From NCBI RefSeq assembly GCF_000143415.4, contig NW_003314308.1, positions 886,422-950,421 of the forward strand: a DNA stretch of 64,000 nt, read 5' to 3'. Shown here piece by piece: positions 50,548-63,379 of this stretch (positions are counted from its first letter, which is position 1; the number at the start of each line of letters is the position of its first letter). Under the pieces are notes generated by a model. It worked only from the letters and a program-made list of their open reading frames with translations, did no database searches and was not told the origin of the DNA. Source of the DNA: Selaginella moellendorffii (lineage: Eukaryota; Plantae; Lycopodiophyta). A program made the position numbers and the translations under genes.

Positions 50548-51178
50548 NNNNNNNNNNNNNNNNNNNNNNNNNNNNNNNNNNNNNNNNNNNNNNNNNNNNN
50601 NNNNNNNNNNNNNNNNNNNNNNNNNNNNNNNNNNNNNNNNNNNNNNNNNNNNNNNNNNNNNNNNNNNNNNNNNNNNNNNNNNNNNNNNNNNNNNNNNNNN
50701 NNNNNNNNNNNNNNNNNNNNNNNNNNNNNNNNNNNNNNNNNNNNNNNNNNNNNNNNNNNNNNNNNNNNNNNNNNNNNNNNNNNNNNNNNNNNNNNNNNNN
50801 NNNNNNNNNNNNNNNNNNNNNNNNNNNNNNNNNNNNNNNNNNNNNNNNNNNNNNNNNNNNNNNNNNNNNNNNNNNNNNNNNNNNNNNNNNNNNNNNNNNN
50901 NNNNNNNNNNNNNNNNNNNNNNNNNNNNNNNNNNNNNNNNNNNNNNNNNNNNNNNNNNNNNNNNNNNNNNNNNNNNNNNNNNNNNNNNNNNNNNNNNNNN
51001 NNNNNNNNNNNNNNNNNNNNNNNNNNNNNNNNNNNNNNNNNNNNNNNNNNNNNNNNNNNNNNNNNNNNNNNNNNNNNNNNNNNNNNNNNNNNNNNNNNNN
51101 NNNNNNNNNNNNNNNNNNNNNNNNNNNNNNNNNNNNNNNNNNNNNNNNNNNNNNNNNNNNNNNNNNNNNNNNNNNNNN
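50548..51178. other. Assembly gap (N run)
   Basis: Run of N. Confidence 1.
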
Positions 51179-54100
51179 TTGAATTAGGAGATTATGATTT
51201 GCAAGTCTCAAACAAGGCAACAAGACAACAACTTTTCATTAAGACAACAGAGAGATATTGAATTGGGAGATTATATTGCAAGTCTCAAAAAAACACTTTG
51301 GACATTTAATTTCCTGTTTTTAAAAATATAAACTTTCAATAACATTTCTTATCGTAAGTAGTAGTCATAGCAGTCAACGTTAGTCACTATTTCTTTACCA
51401 GCTTTATAAGCACATCAATGAATTCATTAGAATGAGCTCATTAGAACAGTAATGAGACAGCGTTGACTGATAGTAGTCAGCGTTAGTCCACTGTACTAAC
51501 GAAAATTCGCAGCTCAAGTCACACCATGATAATCAATCAATCCATCATGGATAATGGATTGGAGGTCTTGAAAGCGAGGCTACTCTCAGCCACATTCTTC
51601 ATGAAACAGAGCCTCAAACAAGGTGGGAGCTGCACGCTTAGCTTTCCACCCCCCATCTTGAGCTTGCCACTGCTTCTACTCTTGTTCACTCCTTGCGCCT
51701 TGGCATTGCTTGCGGGAGCCTGGGCTTTCCATGTTTCCTGGACACTAGCCGTGGTAGCTTTCTTCCACTTCTTCACATCCACCATTGCCTTTTCTTTCTT
51801 CTTCTTTTCTTCCTCTGGTTCCAGAGTCATTGCAACCTCGTCTCCTCGTCAAGAACAGAAGCACGTGTTCTTGATGTTGTCCTTGCCCTTGATCTTGTTA
51901 TCTTCCAACTCCTTCAAGTGGAGAAGCTTCTGGCCACCCGACCCCGTCCAAATGCCTATGAGCAGCTCCAGCAAAGTCCAGGAAAGTTTCCAGCTTCTTG
52001 AAGCCATACCACACTCGTTTGTGAAAGGCTATTAATTGATCGGCGGGCTTGGCCCCAATTTCTTGATCACGCGTAGCAATGCATCTTGTTTCTACGTATG
52101 CATTCTCCGCGAATACGCGACCAATTGGTCCTGATTGGGCAATCCTGTGGTGATCCAGTGTAGTGCTGCTGGAAGTCCCCCTTGAGCCTCACCAGAGGAT
52201 AGTCAGATTGCTTAATAGTAGTATTATTCTTACTTATTAATTCAATTGATTAAATAATAAATTGCTACGCATTGCATGTGACAACGCTTGGTTTGCTTAA
52301 TGGTATTTTTATTATTACTTATTAATCTAATTGATCAAATAAAGTTTATAATTATAAGCATGCTTGTAATTTATAAACACAAGATTAATCTTATTGCATA
52401 TCAACCGTTAGATGATAGAATAAAAAAGAATATACTAGAAAGGGTTTGCGATAGTTTAGAAATTATAAACATGTTTATAAATTATAAATACCAGATTAAT
52501 CTAAATGAATACCAACCGTTAGATGGTAGAATATCCTAACATATCTAAGCATATTCTAGGTATATTCACTACCATCTCAGTCCCCCTATATGGTTGCTTA
52601 AGAAAACCAAAAATTTAAAATTATAGACATATTTATAAAACACAATATTAATCTTATTGCAGGTAGAAGAAAAAAGAATATACTAAAAAGTGTTTAAGAA
52701 AGTTTATAAATTATAAGATTAATCTAAATAAATAACAACCGTTAGATGGTAAAATATTCTAGAATATTCAACCATATTCTATGTTTATTCACTACCATTT
52801 CAGTCCCCCTACCATTTGCTTAAGCAAACCAAAGATGGTATGGTTCCAATGGTGGTATATAAAAGTTAAAAAAAAGTAACTGAGATTAAACTGATTATAC
52901 AGAAAGATTTGATTATTTTCTAATTCTCAGAATAATTTTTGGCAAAATATAGTTGATTTTTATAAATGAAAATTTTAAAAAATTTATTTACTTTTTACCA
53001 CTTTTTTGTAACAATCTCCCACGCATATGGTTTTTCAGCCATGTATAACATTGATTCTTTCAAAGCATACTTATAAAATTGGAAGTGAAATAGACTTTTT
53101 TAGTGCTACCATGATATAGTTATAAAATTAGTTTTCCATGTAGTTTTTAAGTCCTCACTTCATGAGTTCATAGTAGAGGTAGAGGAGAAAAATAATTCAA
53201 TTTGCAATATTTTTTGGTGTTGGGTTTATAGGCAACATCAGAAAAGTATAGAATATAAAATGTTATAGGCACTTTACTTTCTTTCTTTTCTTTCATTTAT
53301 TATTATGTTTACTCCACCAAAAATATTTGGTTGTTTAAGCTAGGTAAGAATCATTTACTCTTCTCCAAGGCTATAAAGTTTATGGAGAAAATCCAACTTA
53401 TGACCTTACATATTTAACATATTAGTTGTGCTTACAGGTGTTTTTTTTTTCTGATTTTAGTATTTTCTTGTTAAGGATTCTCATGTGAAATATTATTATA
53501 TATTGCTAAAATTTACCATTGCATCCACTACAATATCCACACAATTTTAACATGTTGTAAACTAAATAACTGTATAAGGATGGCTATAAATGTTTTCTCC
53601 ACAAATGATAGTGACCCTAATAAGATTGAAAGGGCTATGTTGGGGGATTGCACAATTACATTACAAGTGTTTGTGTGGTTAGAGTGTTATTAGACTTCCT
53701 CAAGAAGATTGAGAGTGGGACATTTTAGAGCTTCAAAACAAGAATAGAGGATACAATCCAAAAATTAAAAAATGTCAAAGAAGCGGTAAAGCCAAAGGAG
53801 GAGCAAGTATGTGGCAAAAAGTGGGCTCATAGGCAATAAAAACACTCTACAAATACAATAGCACTAGTTGCTCATAGTTGTAGAATCCACTTGCCAATAA
53901 AGCTCACTAAGTTGCGTGATAACCAAGAAATGCAACACAAACTTCGAGGGGCAAAAAGTACTCAAAGCATTTTCAGGATTTCCTACCAACTTTACCTATG
54001 CATTAGCAACAATTGGAAGTCTTACCAAGCTGATTAAGCAACCCTAAATTGGTTCTATTTATTTTACAATGTTGATTCTTTTTAGGATGGCATTTCATGT

Positions 54101-54632
54101 CCTTGACACTAAAAAAAGGTATCTAAATTTTATTTTATTTCTCAAAAACTAGACATTTTAGGAGATGTATTGGCATAAGTGTTGCATAAGGGCTATTCAA
54201 GACAAAGATGAGCTAATGAATAACCCACTCCCTAGTGTAAGTGATTTAATTTTTCATAATATTTTTCACTTATTAACTCTCAACATCTTTTGCTAGATGA
54301 AGACAGAGGAAACTAATGAAATGGTATTCTTTTCATAGTATTTATAACCATTTAATTGTTCTTTATGTAGGCTTGGAGTGAATCACATGGCAATTCATGT
54401 TTACTATATTTTCAATATCCTTTCTAGAACCTAAGGAAGGAGAAACTACCATACTATTCTAAAAAATGATAATAATTATGAGGAAATAAAGTATGAAACA
54501 ATAAATAGTTTGATATATATAGATTAATAATGCCAATCTTATTTTACAAATAGGGTGTACAAAAAGTAGTTTTTAAAGCTCTTAGAAGTGTGTTTTTCTT
54601 TTAGAAGTGGACAAAACTATAGAAATATTTAG

Positions 54633-55800
54633 AAAATTAAATCAAGGTCTCTCAATGATTGACAATTTGGTGTTACTCAAGCCCAAAGATGAGCTCTCCC
54701 GAGATGAAATCAAACAAGTGTTTGCTCTTGGATGGTGTATTGAATGGGTAAATTCTTGCATCAATTAGTAAAGAATTTCTAAATAGTTTTGGTTTCTGCC
54801 TTTTGTTTTTCCATGTATAGTTGCAAACTTACTTCTTAATAATGGATGATATAATGGATGATTCACATAACAATACGTGAATTTTATTGATGAGCTATGA
54901 TACAGTCTTCCTTTGTGATTAGGTGGGTATCATTGCTGTGAATAATGCATTATTGCTTACAAACCATGTACCTAGGATTTTGAGGAAGTATTTCCATGGT
55001 CAGTGGTACTACTTTGATCTCCGTGAACTTTTTGATGAGGTGTGTTGATCTGATTACATTGCAAACCAGCCAGGAAGGTTGATTTGTCCAAATACATGAT
55101 GGAAATGTAAGTTTTATTCGATTCCATAAATATCCATAATGTTTGTCTATGCAACTATCTCAGGATTGTGAAGTTCAAGACAGTGTTTTATTCTTTCTAT
55201 CTTCCGGCAAGCAAGAGTGACATTATAAATCAAGTTATTGAAGTCATATGAGAATACATGTTGCTTGTGCTTGGTATATGTCAGACAAGAGTGACAACTC
55301 CAAGTTTGAATCTGTGAAACAAATACTACTACAAATGGGAACCTATTTTAAAATTCAGGTCCTTGTGGTTCATTACCTTTGGTTGTTGATGGAATTGGCC
55401 CCTGCAAGATGATTTCTTAGATTGTTATAAACATCCTAACGTTATTGGCAAGGTTGGTTCCTTGCTGTTTTGTCCTTCATGTCAAGCTCATTGAATAGTT
55501 CAGGTTGAAACAAATATCCAAGAGCTATTGAACTAGTAGATGCTAGCCAGAAAGCAAGACTAAAGAGCAATTATGGCAAAAACGACAATGCCTGTGTCAA
55601 GGAGGTGAAGAAAGTGTACAATGACTAGGGCCTCACAATGAGTATTTTGCTTGGGTACTTCTCTCTTTAGCTAGCTGTTAATGTAGGTAGCTTTCTTAGA
55701 GTATGAACAAACAAGCTATAGGAGAATTTTGTGTACTATTGATCAAGAAAAGAGTACTCACTTACAAGTTTGTGGTGTTTTGGAGTTTATTACTTTCTGA
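54633..55800 (+). pseudogene. FPS: FPS pseudogene, copy D
   Basis: Same exon blocks ([42 protein letters not shown]) with stops. Confidence 0.9.
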
Positions 55801-56039
55801 ATATAGTCTGATTACCTTGCAAGGAGTTCTATTGTTCTTTCTAGAAAAACATTGCAAGTGCCAAAAGAAGGAGTGCTTCTTTCGCTGCTCCTTGTTTTTG
55901 CCAACTATATGAGTTTGTCATTTTGTTTCATCATTAGTATTGTTATATGTGAAGCATTGACGATGATTTAGCTTTAAATATTCTTCACTTTTCTCGTGCT
56001 AAATGTGTCCCCATCAAATCCAACAAAGCTGCATATATC

Positions 56040-56700
56040 TGCTCATTCGAGGTCCTCTAAATTTTTATTATGACACTTTTGGCCATCACAAGGATCAGGT
56101 ATTTTGGAATATACATACTAACTTCTTGTTCCAGCTATCTGGTTATCATAAGTCATTGATTGAGCTCTTCTTGTTTCATCATGATGTGAGAATTTGTGCT
56201 TGTCAATAAAGTGTTTTCCTATACTTTGAAAATCATCCTACAGCTCAGGAAGGAGCTTCACATCCTCATTCATGGCTGTCCCCAAGTTCTAGGTGAGTGT
56301 ACGGCTATGGTTCTTTATCTTCCTCTCAGCCGATGCTGTGCTTTGTCACCCCAAACGTTAAGCAGGCCATGGATTCCAAGTCCCTCGCCAAGGCCTTCTT
56401 CCACGTCCACAACATTTTCTCCACAAACATCAAGCAAGGTGTCTATGGCAGGATCGCGTATGTGTGGAAGAATTTTGGCATCAATTATGTGTCACAAGCT
56501 CAGTGGCCAGGGCTGGACACTCCCAATTGAGTATGAGTTCCCAGTAGCATCAAGCTTACCTGGGCTCAGCAGCCAGCGTTGGACATTGGATGAAGCATCA
56601 AACTCCTACTCAGCAATCCTGATCCTGACTGGGGGAACTCCTTTCGATCCAGCATTATTCTCCCCCGATCAGGCAGTTGGCTCATTGTTGTAGAATGTGC
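56040..56700 (+). pseudogene. Unidentified multi-exon gene fragment immediately downstream of each FPS copy
   Basis: Exon-like blocks (CAG|CTCAGGAAGG...AG|GTGAG; VKQAMDSKSLAKAFFHV..IFSTNIKQGVYGRIAYVWKNFG) recur at ~30050-30750(-), 39370-39900(+), 47500-48030(+) and 61100-61640(-). Confidence 0.45.
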
Positions 56701-58334
56701 CCGACACAAACAAGATTGTCCATTACTTGAGCTCGACTTAGTTTTAAGTTATTGCATTAATTTGCTATACAACTTAAATTTCTGTCATTAAGCTTTCCAT
56801 TGATATTGTAACTACAATTTAAGACACGATAGTTTTATAAATTTAAGTTAAAATATGCAGTTATTTTTAGTAGTCAATATTTCTGACTAAAGTCAGAATT
56901 AAAAAATTTCTTAAGCTAAGTTGCAATTTATGACTAAATTTTAAGTCATTTATAATGGTTATAAAACAAAAAATATAGTCGTTATGTTCAGTAGTTATTT
57001 GATCCAGTGTAGTGCTGCTGGAAGTCCCCCTTGAGCCTCACCAGAGGATAGTCAGATTTGCATCTCAGGATGCTCTCGAGTGTGGTATGGCTTCAAGAAG
57101 CTGGAAACTTTCCTGGACTTTGCTGGAGCTGCTCATAGGCATTTGGACGGGGTCGGGTGGCCAGAATCTTCTCCACTTGAAGGAGTTGGAAGATAACAAG
57201 ATCAAGGGCAAGGACAACATCAAGAACACGTGCTTCTGTTCTTGACGAGGAGACGAGGTTGCAATGACTCTGGAACCAGAGGAAGAAAAGAAGAAGAAAG
57301 AAAAGGCAATGGTGGATGTGAAGAAGTGGAAGAAAGCTACCACGGCTAGTGTCCAGGAAACATGGAAAGCCCAGGCTCCCGCAAGCAATGCCAAGGCGCA
57401 AGGAGTGAACAAGAGTAGAAGCAGTGGCAAGCTCAAGATGGGGGGTGGAAAGCTAAGCGTGCAGCTCCCACCTTGTTTGAGGCTCTGTTTCATGAAGAAT
57501 GTGGCTGAGAGTAGCCTCGCTTTCAAGACCTCCAATCCATTATCCATGATGGATTGATTGATTATCATGGTGTGACTTGAGCTGCGAATTTTCGTTAGTA
57601 CAGTGGACTAACGCTGACTACTATCAGTCAATGCTATCCCATTACTGTTCTAATGAGCTCATTCTAATGAATTCATTGATGTGCTTATAAAGCTGGTAAA
57701 TAATTAGTGACTATCGTTGACTGCTATGACTACTATAACCTACTACTTACTATAAGAAATGTTATTGAAAGTTTATATTTTTAAAAACAGGAAATTAAAT
57801 GTCCAAAGTGTCTTGCAATATAATCCCCCAATTCAATATCTCTCTGTTGTCTTAATGAAAAGTTGTTGTCTTGTTGCCTTGTTTGAAACTTGCAAATCAT
57901 AATCTCCTGATTCAAATGCCTCCAGAATTCTCCATCTGTTATAATTTTGATTGAATACCACGGACCTGCCTTTGCCTGTTCCGGTTTAAAAAAACCGAAG
58001 TGATTTGTTTCATGAATCTTCATTCTGTGCCTGCAACCTCAAGCGTATCATCAGTCCAAAACGACCGAAAAGCGTACCTCCTTTCGCTCTAAGCTCCATC
58101 GAGCTCAAGCTTAACCTCCAAGGTGGAAGGCTAGTTCAAGCAGAAGTTATACTTTAACTCGAGGCATGGAGACTGTTTACCTTGGCATCTGAGTCGTGTA
58201 CACAAGCAGCCAAATGCGAACCTCCAGAATTGGCCGAGTGATTTGCCTCAACCACGGGCTTCTCCAGATTCTCCACCTCACGGATCCTAAAAGTGCTCCA
58301 TTGGTCACTTGTTCTATCTCTCAAGCATGAAGAC

Positions 58335-60170
58335 TTACCTGTGGGAGTGCTTGTTGCCGGGCCTCCTCATCCCAAACCCGGTGATCCTTTGCATGTGCTT
58401 CTCCATCTCAGCTCGCTTCTCCGCTGCTGCCGCAAGCCGAACAACGAAAGCATCTCCAGGATCGAACACAGTGCCACGATGAGACACTGGATCCAAAGCC
58501 TGTTCCTGGGCTCTTCGATCATTGCCACTCCGACGAGCAGCACTCGACAAGAATGGATCCTCCGGGAGAGAAGCTCTTGGCACCTTCTTGTGCTCGTCGA
58601 CTCCGTGGATCGCTGCTGGTGGATCTCGTCCCAATGGCGGCGTCAGGCGGTCGTCAACCGAATCGGTAGCAGCACCATAGATTGGATTCATCTTGAGAAA
58701 AGCCGAAGGTGGCAGCCGCCTTGGAGGCCTCGCGAGTGGAGGACTGGCCACCTTTGTGCTGGGATTTAGCTGCGACGGTCGAAGGTGCTGCTTGCTCCTC
58801 TCTTGAACGAAGGAATTGAGCTTGTCCCGGAGCTCTGCGTCCTCAATCTTGCTCAAGGGAACGAGATACTCTCGCTGACTGCCGCTGCTGCTGCTGCCAC
58901 CGCCAGGAAGATGGCTGCTCCCGACGTAGCGCACCAGGATGTCGTTCGCCTTCTTTCTTCTTCCCTTCACGAGTATCCAGATGCCGGTGATGATGGCCAC
59001 CATAGCAAGCAGGAAAAGGACGATGCCTGCCACAAGCAGCCCCGGTGTTGCAAACGCTGCCGCTGCTGCTGCTGCTGTTGATGATGACGACCCCAGAGGC
59101 GGAGCAATAGACAAGGGGCCAGGCGGAGGCGGCGATGAAAACGTGTGAAAGACAGGCGACCCTGGTTGCCATGTTATCGTGTCATGAGCGGGCCTTGGCC
59201 ACCAAGTGGTTGTCCCAGAAGAAGGTGGCGGCCCTGTATGCTCCTTTGCTGGTGGAGGTGGCGGCGGCCCAAACCTCCTTGGTCGCCAAGTGGTTGTCCC
59301 GGAAGAAGGTGGCGGCCCTGTATGCTGCTTTGCTGGTGGAGGTGGGTGCTGCTTTGCTCCTCCTCCGTGGCTGTGCTGCTTTGCTGCTCCGTGGCTTGCT
59401 GGTGGCGGTGGCGGACTGTGCTGGTGCTGCTTTGCTGCTCCGTGGCTTGCTGGTGGAGGTGGCGGACTGTGCTGGTGCTTCTTTGCTGCTCCGTGGCTTG
59501 CTGGTGGAGGTGGCGGACTGTGCTGGTGCTGCTTTGCTGCTCCATGGCTTGTTGGTGGCGGACTGTGCTGGTGCTGCTTTGCTGCTCCGTGGCTTGCTGG
59601 TGGAGGTGGCGGACTGTGCTGGTGCTGCTTTGCTGCTCCATGGCTTGTTGGTGGCGGACTGTGCTGGTGCTGCTTTGCTGCTCCGTGGCTTGCTGGTGGA
59701 GGTGGCGGACTGTGCTGGTGCTTCTTTGCTGCTCCGTGGCTTGCTGGTGGAGGTGGCGGACTGTGCTGGTGCTTCTTTGCTGCTCCGTGGCTTGTTGGTG
59801 GCGGACTGTGCTGGTGCTTCTTTGCTGCTCCATGGCTTATTGGTGGAGGTGGTGGTGCTCCATGGCTGTCCTGCTTTGGAGGTGGTGCTCCTCCATGGCT
59901 GTGCTGCTTTGCTGCTCCATGGTGTTGCTCTGCTGGTGCTGGTGGAGGTGCCTGACTGTGGGCGCTGCTGTGAGGTGGCGGAGCTCCTCTCGCCCTCCTT
60001 GGCGATGGTTTGGGGGGCGGCATGCTACCTGGAGGTGGCACTCTCGTTTTGGGCGGTGTCGCGCTCCTGTGCCCTGGACGAGGCGGATGCACGCTCCTGT
60101 GCGCAGCTGGAGGCGGCGCCCGACGAGGCGGAGACGACGGCGGCACACTCCGACGGATGATGCTAGCCAT
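58335..60170 (-). CDS. Pro/His-rich extensin-like single-pass membrane protein, copy 4 (expanded repeats)
   Basis: 611-aa intact ORF with the same TM and cytoplasmic tail as copy 2. Nine SHGAAK(K/Q)HQHSPPP(T/PPA) units. Confidence 0.82.
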   Translation of the reverse strand: MASIIRRSVPPSSPPRRAPPPAAHRSVHPPRPGHRSATPPKTRVPPPGSMPPPKPSPRRARGAPPPHSSAHSQAPPPAPAEQHHGAAKQHSHGGAPPPKQDSHGAPPPPPISHGAAKKHQHSPPPTSHGAAKKHQHSPPPPPASHGAAKKHQHSPPPPPASHGAAKQHQHSPPPTSHGAAKQHQHSPPPPPASHGAAKQHQHSPPPTSHGAAKQHQHSPPPPPASHGAAKKHQHSPPPPPASHGAAKQHQHSPPPPPASHGAAKQHSHGGGAKQHPPPPAKQHTGPPPSSGTTTWRPRRFGPPPPPPAKEHTGPPPSSGTTTWWPRPAHDTITWQPGSPVFHTFSSPPPPGPLSIAPPLGSSSSTAAAAAAAFATPGLLVAGIVLFLLAMVAIITGIWILVKGRRKKANDILVRYVGSSHLPGGGSSSSGSQREYLVPLSKIEDAELRDKLNSFVQERSKQHLRPSQLNPSTKVASPPLARPPRRLPPSAFLKMNPIYGAATDSVDDRLTPPLGRDPPAAIHGVDEHKKVPRASLPEDPFLSSAARRSGNDRRAQEQALDPVSHRGTVFDPGDAFVVRLAAAAEKRAEMEKHMQRITGFGMRRPGNKHSHR

Positions 60171-61889
60171 ATTTCTTGCTTACCGGATTCGCTTCCGAGA
60201 AACCTTTTTTTTAGGTCATGAAGGTTTAGTGCATATAAATGATTCTCGTACGGACGCATTATCTGCAGCGCTTTAAAGTTATGATGTCCAGTTTTTGCGA
60301 TCATGATGGAAGCAATATCACTGTTCGGAATCTCTTTCTTTCATTAGCACATAATGCTCATTTGGTTCTTCCCCCAAAAAAACCGGAGCTCGTTGATAAA
60401 CTCTCAGGCTCAATTCTAGGAGGAAGAGCAAAGATGAGAATGGTCGTTCACCACGATGCAATGCTCCGTGCGTAAGAATTTGATCAAAATCTCCACTCTG
60501 GAAGCTTATGTTCTTTGAAAATTCTTTTCATTGCGTTTTAGGCGTCAAAGATCGTGTATTGTGACCTTATCGACACACACAAAAGAGAGACAGCCCATAG
60601 CAATGGTTTTTATAGTTTTGCTTTGATGGTGATTCTCGGAATCACTCTTTAATGGGCACATGGATCAGGTATGCCTGGGGCTAAAGAAATTGATGTTTAA
60701 TATTTGATCATAGACTTAAATTACCACTATATTTATAGCTTCATTTTTGGACTTAAAATTTAGTCGTACTACATATTTTTTGGTTTATAACTATTATAAT
60801 TGACTTAAAATTTAGTCACAATTAACTACTAAACATAACGACTATATTTTTTGTTTTATAACCATTATAAATGACTTAGAATTTAGTCATAAATTGCAAC
60901 TGCAAATGTCAGCTTAAGAAATTTTTTAATTCTGACTTTAAAGCTAGTCAGAAATAATGACTACTAAAAATAACTGCATATTTTAACTTAAATTTATAAA
61001 ACTATTGTGTCTTAAATGGAAAGCTTAATGACAAAAATTTAAGTTGTATAGCAAATTAATGCAATAACTTAAAACTAAGTCGAGCTCATTTAGTAATGGA
61101 TGATCTTGTTTGTGTCGGGCACATTCTACAACAATGAGCCAACTGCCTAATCGGGGGAGGATGATGCTGGATCAAAAAAAGTTCCCCCAGTCAGGATCAG
61201 GATCACCGAGTAGGAGCTTGATGCTTCATACTGGATTGTTGCCAATGTCCAGCGCTGGCTGTTGAGCCCAGGGACTTGGAATCCTTGGCGAGGGACTTGG
61301 AATCCATGGCCTACTTAACATCTGGGGTGACATAGCACAGCCCATCATTGGCTGAGAGGAAGCTAAAGATCCATAGCTGAACACTCACCTGGAACTTGTG
61401 GACAGCCATGAATGAGGATGTGAAGCTCCTTCCTGAGCTGTAGGATTATTTTCAAAGTAAAGGAAACACTTTACTGACAAGCACAAATTCTCACATCATG
61501 ATGAAACAAGAAGAGCTCAATCAATGACCTATGATAACAAGATAGCTGGAACAAGAAGTTAGTATGTATATTCCAAAATACCTGATCCCTGTGATGGCCA
61601 AAAGTGTCATAATAAAAATTTAGAAGACCTCAAATGAGCAAATATATGCAGCTTTTGTTGGATTTGATGGGGACACATTTAGCATGATAAAAGTGAAGAA
61701 TATTTAGAGCTAAATCATCGTCAATGCTCCACATATAACAATACTAATGATGAAACAAAATGACAAACTCATATAGTTGGCAAAACAAGGAGCAGCGAAA
61801 GAAACATTCCTTCTTTTGGCACTTGCAATGTTTTTCTAGAAAGAACAATAGAACTCCTTGCAAGGTAATCAAACTATATTCAGAAAGTA

Positions 61890-63036
61890 ATAAACTCCAA
61901 AACACCACAAACTTGTAAGTGAGTACTCTTTTCTTGATCAATAGTACACAAAATTCTCCTATAGCTTGTTTGTTCATACTCTAGGAAAGCTGCTTGCATT
62001 CACTAATCGCTAAGCAGAGAAGTACCTAAGCAAAATACTCATTGCAAGGCCCTAGTCATTGTACACTTTCTTCACCTCCTTCACATAGGCATTGTCCTTT
62101 TTGCCATAATTGCTCTTTAGTCTTGCTTTCTGGCTAGCATCTGCTAGTTCAATAGCTCTTGGATATTTGTTCCAACCTGGACTATTCAATGAGCTTGACA
62201 TGAAAGACAAAACAGCAAGGAACCAACCTTGCCAATAATGTCAGGATGTTTATAGCAATCTAAGAAATCATCTTGCAGGGGCCAATTCCATCAACAACCA
62301 AAGGTAATGAACCACAAGGACCTGAATTTAAAAATAGGTTCCCATTTGTAGTAGTATTTGCTTCACAGATTCAAACTTGGAGTTGTCACTCTTGTCTGAC
62401 ATATACAAAGCACAAGCAACATGTATTCTCATGTGACATCAATGACTTGGTTTATAATGTCACTCTTGCTCACTGGAAAATAGAAAGTATAAAACACTGT
62501 CTTGAACTTCAAAATCTTGAGGTAGCTGCATTGATAAATATTATGGATACTTATGGAGTCGAATAAAACTTACATTTCCATGATGTATTTGGACAAATCA
62601 ACTTTCCTGGCTGGTGGCAATGTGATCAGATCAACACACCTCATCAAAAGGTTCATGGAGATCAAAGTAGTATCATTAACTATGGAAATACTACCTCAAA
62701 ATCCTAGGTTACATGGTTTGTAATGCATTAATGCATTGTTCATAACAATGACACCCACCTAATCACAAAGAAAGACTGTGTCATAGCTCATCAATAAAAT
62801 TCACGTACTGTTGTATGAATCATCCATTACTAGGAAGTAAACTTGTAGCTTTGCATGGAAAAGCAAAAAGCAAAAACCAAAATTGTTTAGAAATTCTTTA
62901 TCAATTGACGCAAGAATTTACCCATTCAATACACCATCCAAGAGCAAATGCTTGCTTGATTTCATCCTGGGAGAGCTCATCTTTGGACTTGAGTAATACC
63001 AAATTGTCAATCACTAAGAGACCTTGATTTAATTTT
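61890..63036 (-). pseudogene. FPS: FPS pseudogene, copy E
   Basis: Reverse complement of the same FPS exon blocks, with deletions and stops. Confidence 0.88.
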
Positions 63037-63379
63037 CTAAACATTTCTATAATTTGTCCACTTCTAATAGAAAAACACACTTCTGAGAGCTCTAAAAACT
63101 ACCTTTTGTACACCTCTATTTGTAAAATAAGATTGGCAATATTAATCTATATATCTAGCTAAGGAATCAAACTATTCATCATTTTATACTTTATTTCCTC
63201 ATAATTATTATCTTATTTTGGAATAGTATGGTAGTTTCTCCCTCCTCAAGTTCTAGAAAGGATATTGAAAATATAGTAAACATGAATTGCCATGTGATTC
63301 ACTCCAAGCCTACATAAAGAAAAATTAAATAGTTATAAATACTATAAAAAGAATACCTTTTCATTAGTTTCCTCATTGT

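Noticed and set aside
50414-51223. ORFs of 269 and 240 aa
   Set aside because: They consist mostly of translated Ns.
59135-60304. Long antisense and alternative-frame ORFs (341, 358, 249, 219 aa; likewise at 40.7-41.5 and 49.1-50.2 kb)
   Set aside because: They are shadows of the stop-poor GC-rich Pro/His repeat gene, with Cys/Trp/Leu-repetitive translations.
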